Assembly: GCF_001194135.2 (NCBI RefSeq)
Contig: NC_068988.1
Location: 18,177,166-18,241,165, forward strand
Reading direction: 5' to 3'
DNA: 64,000 nucleotides
From: Octopus bimaculoides
Taxonomy: Eukaryota
The notes below the pieces were generated by a model. That model had not been told where the DNA came from. It was given only the letters and a program-made list of their open reading frames with translations, and searched no databases. Shown here in pieces: positions 54,186 through 64,000 of the stretch. Each line of letters opens with the position of its first letter. The stretch's first letter is position 1. A program made the translations under genes and the position numbers.

Positions 54186-57169
54186 TCAAATGCATAACCA
54201 CACATACATACATGCGGACACACACGCACACACCAAGTACATGGAATGTGTAATGAATGCTTCTCTACATGCACCCTTAGAAATTTTTTTTTTTTTTTTC
54301 AATTTATGAAATGACAATCCATTTATCACTTTCACTTTTAGAAACTTATATTGCAACTTATTTAAACAACATTTATTTTATGCTATGCTACCTTTATTTT
54401 TTTTTTTTCTATTATCACTGTTTACTTATGCATATCAACTTGAAGAATTCTCTACTAACAGAATATATATTAACACTACTAGCTTAAGGTTCTTGAAATA
54501 TGCTTATAGGATTGTTAACAAAGTTACTAAACTTTTATATATTCAGCATTAGTGTTTACTAACAATCAAACTAATACTGTTCTTCAATATAAAAATTTTA
54601 AGTAAACCACAACAGAAACCAATAAAGAAATTATTTAACAATTAAGAAAACAAATATTCAACTTTGGATCATATTGATGTTATATTAAATATTTACTGAA
54701 AGTGAATTATTTTGAAATAAAATTGTGTATGTGTATGTATGTATAATATTTCTACTTAAGTATATTTTTTGTTTGTTCATGTGTGTGTGTGTATTGTGTT
54801 GTGTATGTATACATATGTGTGAAGGTTGTCTTAATTTTACATGTGTCTTTGAAATACTTGGTTACAAAGATGCTAATATAAGTTAGTAGATCAGTTGACT
54901 GAACAATTTGAGCAATCATATTTTGGAGCTATGCAGAACCTATTTACATATATGGGTTTATGCATATGCACGTGTGTGCATGCTTGAGAGAGTGTCTTTG
55001 TGTGGTGTCTGTGTTTGTGTGTATATATATCTACACACTCATATACATAGACATATACACTTCTGTTCAGACTCATTACTCCCTACCATCATTCTTCTCT
55101 ACTACTAACCAACATCATCATTCATTTTTTTTTTTTATATGATACATCACAGACATTTACCTTTCTCACCATTCTTCATCTCTATTGCTGTCCACCACTT
55201 GTCATGACTCATATTCATAGCTATCCCATCACACTGCTCATGTTGTTTCCTATTCAATCTTATTACCAACGACTGACATATAGCTACCTATCACTGTCTC
55301 TCTTCTGTTACTCCCTCTCCTATCATCTTATCACTTTGTTGCCCCATCTCTCTTCTTTCATCTTCTTGGTAACCACTGTCATCTATTCACACTCACAAGC
55401 GCATATATCATGAAAGACTGAAGACTACATAAAGCAGAGAAGACAATGTGTGTATGAGAAATGTGTTTGTAGACACTTTAAATATGAAATATACAATTTT
55501 ATTTCAAATTTACATGAAAACAAGTAACTTCAAATTGTTTAGGTGTATCAATCTATTTATTACTTATAATTATAGTTTTATTGTAGAACTTGTAACAAAA
55601 TTGTTAAATATGATGTTGGTTGCATAAATTAAACTAAGCTTTAGTTTGCTTTAGCACTTTTAGTCTAAAGTCAAAATAATTTTTCATTTTCACACATTAG
55701 ATATTCACTTTAAGCATTGATCATCAATAACCATATGATGTAATCTTATCTTTATAAAATATATGCTTTGAATTATTTCTACTTAAGATTGGAAGCAACT
55801 ATAGATTTTGAAAATGATCTATGGTTAAATTTATGTTTGATTAAATTAATCTCATTGATTAAAGTATGCATTTTTTTTTCCTTGCAATTTGACAGGTTTA
55901 AAAAAATAATTATGAAATTGTTAATATTAATAATGATAATGTTACTTATAATGACTATTCCAACAACAACAACAGTTATAATTATGTAATGATAACAACA
56001 ACAACAATAATAAAAATAATAATAATAATAATGATAATAATAATAATAGGCCTATTTAAATCCACCTAAAAAAAAAAACTGAGCAATTCCAGGGAAAGTT
56101 TTTCTAAAACTTGCCTACTCATGAGTTAAATTTTATTCTTTGGGTTTTATTAAGGATCGTCGTCGGGTAGAAGCCATGGATGGTAGCAAAGAAACTAGCT
56201 GCAAGATATACCTGTCACTTTTTGGTGACTTCTCTTATCTGTCTTATTTCTTTTCGCTACCATACATAGGTTTTAGGATAAAATTGTTCTTATGAGTAGG
56301 AAGTTTGTCTCCATTGCCAAATAATATATAATTTTTTTTTTTTTTTTGATATTTTCTCTTCCTCCTTTTAAAAAATTTACTATTAAACTTCACTTTAAAG
56401 GTGTCATAATTTGTAGTTATAAATAATTTGTGTTTATATGTCATTTAAACTTGCAGAAATTTAAGAGTCCATAAAATTTTACCTCATGTTCAAAATATAT
56501 GTTTCATTTTTTCTCCATAAATGATGATTTTCATTTTTTTTTTCTCACATTCAGCTGCATTTACTTACTGAATATATTCTTTCTTCATTGTTCAATTATA
56601 TTCCACTTGAATTTGTATACTTGCTACACTTAAATATACATATTTAGTTTCAAATACATATATCATTTACACATGTAGGCATAAAAATATATGAGTGTGA
56701 GGGTGCCAGAGACAGAGAGAGTGTGTGAGAACACATACATATACTCTATGTATACACACTCATTTCTGCAACACATAGAGACACACTGGTAAACAAGCTC
56801 GTAGATTGTGAGACCAGATCCACTTTAGACGTTCCATTGTACATTTGAAAACAAAAGTAATTCAGCATGCAACAGTTGTCCTAAGTTTCAAAAATAGGGA
56901 CCAGCATTTTCTGGGAGTACTTTCACCATTGGTTGGGTTTCGATAAGGTGGTTTATTTTCATCCACATAATGTCATAAAATTGGACCTAATTACACACTC
57001 TTATTATCCTGACTGATGCATAAAGAAACATTTGTAATACATTTACCTCAATTTATTCTTCAATGTAGATGCATTGACATGGAGAGTTATCTATACACAC
57101 ACTCATCACTCATAAACACACACATACACAGACCCACACCCACCCACACACACACATATATGTATACAT

Positions 57170-57213
<44 letters not shown>

Positions 57214-58153
57214 GGAAAATGAAAAATGATAATAAGGCAGAATACTAAACTGAAAGCATATTTTAATATAGATTTTTAACCGGCTTTCATTGCATGGCAA
57301 ATTTTCAAGAAGAGGGAGAATGAAAATGTTTTTTACAAAAAAGTAAGAAATGAAAAAAATAATATATGAAAAAAAAGTAATATATAAAAAAATAAATATA
57401 CCAATACATTATATTGTCTTTGAGCTTTTAAAGTTCAATGGTAATCCATGTAGATAATAGTTGGAAAAATAAGGATGCATGAAAATTGAGAATTGTGTTA
57501 GGTTTTAAAAAAAGAGAAAAGNNNNNNNNNNNNNNNNNNNNNNNNNNNNNNNNNNNNNNNNNNNNNNNNNNNNNNNNNNNNNNNNNNNNNNNNNNNNNNN
57601 NNNNNNNNNNNNNNNNNNNNNNNNNNNNNNNNNNNNNNNNNNNNNNNNNNNNNNNNNNNNNNNNNNNNNNNNNNNNNNNNNNNNNNNNNNNNNNNNNNNN
57701 NNNNNNNNNNNNNNNNNNNNNNNNNNNNNNNNNNNNNNNNNNNNNNNNNNNNNNNNNNNNNNNNNNNNNNNNNNNNNNNNNNNNNNNNNNNNNNNNNNNN
57801 NNNNNNNNNNNNNNNNNNNNNNNNNNNNNNNNNNNNNNNNNNNNNNNNNNNNNNNNNNNNNNNNNNNNNNNNNNNNNNNNNNNNNNNNNNNNNNNNNNNN
57901 NNNNNNNNNNNNNNNNNNNNNNNNNNNNNNNNNNNNNNNNNNNNNNNNNNNNNNNNNNNNNNNNNNNNNNNNNNNNNNNNNNNNNNNNNNNNNNNNNNNN
58001 NNNNNNNNNNNNNNNNNNNNNNNNNNNNNNNNNNNNNNNNNNNNNNNNNNNNNNNNNNNNNNNNNNNNNNNNNNNNNNNNNNNNNNNNNNNNNNNNNNNN
58101 NNNNNNNNNNNNNNNNNNNNNNNNNNNNNNNNNNNNNNNNNNNNNNNNNNNNN

Positions 58154-58200
<47 letters not shown>

Positions 58201-58255
58201 ATATTGTTTAATGCACACAGAATATAGTTATATAGTTATGAGCTACTAAACTACT

Positions 58256-59403
58256 CATAGTTACATACATTGAAGATGTTTCCCAGGTAGGATTGAATAA
58301 TGTGCCTAGTATCTCCAAGCAATCTTTGGGCTCTATTCATATGACCTATACAAGTTACGAATTGGAACAAGTTACAAATCAAAACAAGAGAAACCAGGAG
58401 AAAAAACCAGAGGAAAGTAGATGCAAAAAGTGGAAAAGTGAAAAAAATAGAAAAATAAAGGTTAAAAAGCAAAGAATTAAGATTATGTCCTCTTTGACCA
58501 TAAAACCACAAACCTAGTTGATGTAGAATAAACAAAAGGGGTTTAAAGTTTCTGTTACAGCTGCTCAATCTAGAGAGGGTGGTGTTTTCCAATTTGCCAA
58601 AAGAAACTTGTCCATATGTATGCAATTCAGCAGCATGGTGGAATTCTTAAATCTGAAAAGGATACATGATCTTTCAGCTACTCATGACTCATATTTTTTA
58701 GCTCCATTAACATATGGCATTATATGAAGTAGAAGTAACAGCAATGCTACATGATAATGTAACCAAAAAGGACTATTACTTCAGATTATGCAAAGATGAC
58801 TTCAAAAATGCTAACTGCTTATCTACTTTCCAGCACGTGGACAAAAGTAAAGCTAATAAGTTGGCTATCCACATTTGGAGTTTAAAGACCAACTCTATGC
58901 CACATACAATCAAGTGGAATAGTGTTGAAAAAGTCATGCCATATATTAATGGATTAAAGAAATGCAACTTATGTGTAGCTGAAAGATCACATATACTTTT
59001 TAGAGCTAAAGAATTCCACCTCACTGCTGAATTCCAGATCAGAAAGTTTCAGGCAATGCATACACATGGACACATTTCTTTTGGTGAATTGGAGAACACC
59101 ACCATCTCCAGATTCAGCAGCTATATTGCAGACTTTAGACCCCTTCTCTTGATTCTACAATAACTAGCCTTATGGCTTTATGGCCAAAGGGTATATAACA
59201 CTAATTTTTCTTTTTTCACCATTCTTCTTTCGTTTCTGTCACCCTTTCACTTTTTGTACCCACCTTCCTCTCATTTTTTTTCTTATGATTTCTCCTGATT
59301 TATAACTTGTATAGGCCATGTGTACAGAGCCTGAAATTTGCTTAGAGACACCAGACATGTTATTAAAACCTGCCTAGAAAACATTACCATTGTATGAACT
59401 GTT
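58256..59403. mobile_element. Penelope-like remnant: inverted arms of about 395 bp (58256-58648 and 59009-59403) flanking a GIY-YIG spacer
   Basis: The arms align as diverged reverse complements along their length, e.g. attcagcagcatggtggaattctt versus aagaattccacctcactgctgaat. Confidence 0.82.
58714..59008 (+). pseudogene. Penelope-type GIY-YIG endonuclease remnant
   Basis: ALYEVEVT...KKDYYFRLCKDDFK...HIWSLK...TIKWNSVEKVMPYINGLKKCNLCVAERSHIL; catalytic motifs are decayed. Confidence 0.8.
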
Positions 59404-59502
59404 TGTAACTTATAACTATATACCATGTAGAGTTAACAATATTTATCTTTCTCTAGATGGAATACTTTTTTTAGTTGATCTTACCTTAACAGAAAAGTAA
59501 AC

Positions 59503-59611
<109 letters not shown>

Positions 59612-60065
59612 GCATATATATATATATATATATATGCATACATCCATACACGCATGCATGCAGACACACATACATGCACACAAACACACACAAGCTTCCA
59701 TATATGCATGTAGGTATATATAGGCATAAAATGTCTTTGATAGAATACAGAACAGTATATTATTATTAATAATAATAATAATAATAAATTAGTGAGAAGT
59801 AATGAGGATATTCTTCCTTGTTTTATTATAAAGTGTCATTGAATTTTCCCAATGAAACTGCTTAAATTTCTGTCCCTATTTCTCTCTGTCTACAACTTCT
59901 GTGTCTATTACTGTACCTTGACACTCAAGCACCAGATATATAGCTACAAAACCATAAAATGTTAAGCAGTGTTTCATATTATTTCAATGGCAAAATTCAA
60001 AGACCTTTTATACCGATTTGTAAATAAACCAAGGAAGAATACCGTCATTACTTCTGACAAATCTT

Positions 60066-60086
60066 TATCATCATCATCATCTTCTT

Positions 60087-60117
<31 letters not shown>

Positions 60118-60131
60118 TCATTATTATTATT

Positions 60132-60165
<34 letters not shown>

Positions 60166-60224
60166 GATAGACAGATAGATCGATAGATAGATAGATAGAC
60201 AGACAGACAAATAGATAGACAGAC

Positions 60225-60259
<35 letters not shown>

Positions 60260-60287
60260 CAGATAGATAGATAGATAGATAGACAGA
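60066..60287. repeat. Compound microsatellite (TCA)(TCT)(TTA/TCA)(GATA/GACA)
   Basis: Direct reading. Confidence 0.95.
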
Positions 60288-60747
60288 TTAACATTTATAC
60301 TAACTCATCCACATTTCCTACACTATTTTCCATGATGTTAAACATACTTAAAATATTTCTCTTTGAAAGATAGATACAACATACACCCCAACCCACTCCA
60401 CAAAAAAAAAAATGAAAACAAAATCTTGAATTTAACTTTGTCAGTTGTCGATAACCAGCAAGAATAAATGTTCGTACATTAATGCATGTGCACCTACACA
60501 CACACACACATACACATACACATTCATACACACATGCATACACACACTCCCCCCCCCCCATCATTTTTTTAATTCAAAATCTTTTCATATACCCTAAAAT
60601 ATTTTTCCCTTTTTTTTTGCAGTACAGCTTGAAGCCTATTTCATATAAATGTTATTTTCATTCTTGATATATAGTTATTGTTTCTTTTACCTATCAATGG
60701 CTTTGCTTATATTCTTTATATATTGTATATTTATTTTTGGTTTGTCG

Positions 60748-60779
<32 letters not shown>

Positions 60780-61124
60780 GAATATGTTATCCCTGCTTCT
60801 CGTTCTCTTCCAGCTTTTATTAGTGATTACTTCCAATTTTCAGACTTCTTTATAAATATGCTTATACAATATATGTATATATATACATTTATTACATATA
60901 TATATATANNNNNNNNNNNNNNNNNNNNNNNNNNNNNNNNNNNNNNNNNNNNNNNNNNNNNNNNNNNNNNNNNNNNNNNNNNNNNNNNNNNNNNNNNNNN
61001 NNNNNNNNNNNNNNNNNNNNNNNNNNATGTACAGCATCCACTACCAATTTTAGTGGCTAAAGCTGGCTGCTATCAAAATATCAAAGCCGTCTCCTACTGT
61101 CCCTATGGATGACCCACAATTATT

Positions 61125-61355
61125 TACTACTACTACCACCACTATTATTACTATTACAATCATTACTACTACTACTTTTACAACTACTACTACTACTGCT
61201 ACTACTACAACTACTATTACTACCACTACTACTACTAATACTACCACCATCTCCGCGTCCTCCATTACTACTACTACTACTACTACCACCACCATCTCCA
61301 CTTACTGCTACTACTACTACTACTATTACTACTACTACTACTACTACTACTACTG

Positions 61356-61385
<30 letters not shown>
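61125..61385. repeat. Interrupted (ACT)n tract about 230 nt upstream of the exon B acceptor
   Basis: Direct reading. Confidence 0.95.
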
Positions 61386-61388
<3 letters not shown>

Positions 61389-61612
61389 GCATATCTTACA
61401 TATGCTACTTTGCTTTCTACTGTCTTTCTTCCAAATTTTTTTTTTTTTTAAATTCCTTACCCACTCCTTATCTTGTCAAAGTCATGCTTTGGTGTGAGTA
61501 ACAGCTTACTATTATTTATTTAAGTCCCCTATCTAGGAGTATCTTTTAAGAGATCCATTCGTTAAACCTGTGTATTTTTTCAGCGTTACCAGAATTTGAA
61601 AACATTTTTCAG

Positions 61613-62689
61613 GTCTTGGCCATTGTGTCCATTCTCTTCATTGTCCTGTCTACCGTGGCGCTAACATTAAACACAATTCCTGGGCTCAAAGGTGAAGGAG
61701 AGCAGGAAGGGGCTGATAACCCACAGCTTGCAATTGTAGAAGCTGTTTGCATTGGATGGTTTACCTTGGAATATCTGGGACGATTCTGGGCCTCCCCGAA
61801 TAAGTGGAAATTTTTCAAAGGACCTTTGAACATTATAGACCTATTGGCAATCATGCCTTATTTCATTTCCCTAGGATTGACTGAGACCAACAAGAGTACG
61901 ACGGAACAGTTCCAAAATGTCCGCAGAGTGGTGCAAATCTTTCGAATAATGAGAATTCTGCGAATTCTAAAACTTGCAAGACATTCAACTGGTCTGCAAT
62001 CCTTAGGGTACACTTTACAGAGAAGTTATAAAGAGCTAGGTCTATTAATGATGTTTTTGGCCATTGGAATACTCTTATTCTCAAGCCTTGCCTACTTTGC
62101 GGAAAAAGACGAACCAGGAACTAAGTACGTTAGTATCCCCGAAACATTCTGGTGGGCTGCCATCACTATGACGACGGTAGGATATGGTGACATCTACCCG
62201 ACGACGATCCTGGGAAAAGTTGTTGGTGGCGTATGTTGTATATGTGGTGTGCTAGTTATTGCGCTTCCAATTCCAATCATTGTCAATAATTTCGCCGAAT
62301 TTTATAAAGATCAGATGAGAAGAGAAAAAGCATTAAAACGTAAGGAGGCTCTCGAGCGGGCGAAGAGGAATGGAAGCATAGTCTCCTTCCACTCCGTCAA
62401 TCTGAGGGATGCCTTCGCCAAAAGTGTCGACTTAATGGATGTTGCCTCCGAGGTTCCTAGAAACGACTGGGATACAAACAGTGTGGAGACGAAATCCATG
62501 AGTTCACCACCGCCTTGTGTGATGCGGGGCTCAAACCCCAATACACCCAAGTTGAGTGGGCAAGGAGGAACAACAAACTTCAACTGCAAAGAGAATCAGG
62601 AGAACCCCAGCAACACCAACCTGTTGGATATAGATGAGGAGTCTTTGCATCGGATGACGACCCAAGCTTCAACTGATACTTCAATGCAG
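61613..62689 (+). CDS. Shab: Kv2/Shab coding exon B: S1-S6, pore and proximal C-terminus (359 codons)
   Basis: Acceptor ttttcAG|GTC at 61612/61613 joins AAR|[14 protein letters not shown] in frame. S4 [21 protein letters not shown], pore [10 protein letters not shown]6 [11 protein letters not shown], Kv2 C-terminal motif [15 protein letters not shown]. Donor CAG|GTGAGT at 62689/62690, phase 0. Confidence 0.97.
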
Positions 62690-62926
62690 GTGAGTGTTTT
62701 CAAGCTCTTTTATTTTCTTTGACATTTTAATTACCAGAATCAGTATAATATGCAAAATCTTTAAACTTTTACCTAAATATATTTATAGAAATTGTTATAA
62801 AATGTTTTCTATGTTACTTAAACTGGGATTTCTTTAATTTCCTTTTTATCTTTATATTTGCTTTTTGCTTTTAAGCTTTCTCTTCTACCCCCTATCTTTC
62901 ATTCTATATCCCTTTTTCTGTCTGTA

Positions 62927-62958
<32 letters not shown>

Positions 62959-64000
62959 ACTCTCTCTCTCTCTATCATTCTTTTTCATGCTTCTGCTTCT
63001 TTTACTCAAAATTTTTCAGTCTTTTGCTCCCTATCACAATATTTTCCTCCACTTCCTTACATTCTCAGCATTTCAGTTTTTCATTCACCATCAACTAATT
63101 AAAAATATTTCTTCTAATTCATAATGCTTTATATCTGCATTTGTGAAAACTGAAAAATTGATCAAATTTGCAAAATGATTTATTAACATTTCTTATTTAA
63201 CTTTTCCATAAAAATTACTTGCATTGCTTTCAGGATAATTCAATATGTATATACTAACACTAATTTATTTTAAAAATTGATTTAAATATACTTACATATA
63301 TAGTTTTGTCAACAAGAATTGAGTACATTCCAATTTTTTCTAAACCAATGATGCATGCATATACTTTTTTCTCCTTCTTTCCTCTTTCTCTATCTATACC
63401 AAATATGAAGCTAACTGTTTATCTCTGCCTAATCAGTAGATCTGCCTGTCTAGCAAACTATCTGTTTCTCTCTCTATTCTCTCTATGTATCAGTTCTTTT
63501 TTTTTTTTTTTTTTGCCTATTTATCTTTCTATTTATCTGCCTACCTATCCTGATATACACCAATCAACTAACCTAAAAATAGACCAATCACCTAACTACA
63601 TAAACCACAAACACACAGAGACACCCTCGTAGACAGACACTTGTTGATATATATATATACAAATATATATATATAAATAAGCTCGTCGAAACGCCGGTGT
63701 TAAAACGTGGGTAGCTGATGAAGTAGAATGTTCTCTATGTGGCTCGTGTGTTCTCGTCTACGTTTGTTTGCAATGTCCTGTACCCAGATATGCACCTATA
63801 CATACAGGTGGATGTCGGTATGCACATACCTGTACGTATATATGCATATACTCATTTACTTTTGTTTTTATATAAATATATATATATATATATATATTGA
63901 TAAAAAAGGTAAGACAACAAAAGAAAGAGACTTCGATATTATGTAAATAGAGGAATTTATCTGTAAATAATATATGACAATTATTTGGTAGCCATGATAA
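62690..64000 (+). other. Start of the next intron; the distal C-terminal exon(s) lie outside the window
   Basis: Strong donor GTGAGT, followed by an abrupt switch to AT-rich, pyrimidine- and microsatellite-rich sequence. Confidence 0.8.

Noticed and set aside
58300-59360. Possible vestigial hammerhead in the 58/59-kb arms (composite CTGAAGA-TT-GCTTGG..CCAGGC)
   Set aside because: Neither arm has GAAA, and the core is only a composite of two damaged copies.
61050-61501. PolyThr, polyVal, polyLeu and polyTyr ORFs
   Set aside because: Translations of the (ACT)n tract.
61581-61592. Alternative acceptors ttttcAG (61582-83) and ccAG (61591-92)
   Set aside because: They add 29 and 20 nt, shifting the frame; only 61612 restores the Kv2 sequence.
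63680-63770. CpG-rich patch with GAAAC-GCCGGT-GT followed by CTGATGAAG
   Set aside because: Hammerhead half-motifs are present but in an order and context with no stem I or closing stem II. It may be a broken PLE repeat, but it is not supportable as a ribozyme.

Overview
Eukaryotic, AT-rich, microsatellite-laden genomic DNA with many N gaps. The gene and repeat content point to a coleoid cephalopod, most likely Octopus (inference). The window holds two coding exons of a + strand Kv2/Shab (KCNB-type) voltage-gated K+ channel gene. Exon A (6151 or 6165 to 7239) encodes a long His/Gln/Gly-rich N-terminus plus the T1 domain. Exon B (61613-62689) encodes S1-S6, the pore and the proximal C-terminus. 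They are separated by a 54,373-bp phase-0 intron, and a further intron starts at 62690. The big intron contains tRNA-derived SINEs of several families, RTE LINE remnants, mariner, hAT and piggyBac-like MITEs, and Penelope-like (GIY-YIG) remnants. The most notable observations are three. (1) A head-to-head palindromic pair of tRNA-headed elements at 48265-48807, whose tails each carry a differently mutated minimal type-I hammerhead ribozyme; the consensus of the two is a complete hammerhead. (2) A second hammerhead-bearing inverted repeat at 9005-9565. (3) At least four long local foldbacks plus near-identical inverted SINE pairs in the pre-mRNA of a channel whose squid orthologue is heavily A-to-I edited; the genomic (unedited) Tyr and Ile codons at the two known squid recoding positions are present. 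Almost all other ORFs in the track are microsatellite or N-gap artefacts. No folding, alignment or database search was run; identities are by eye.
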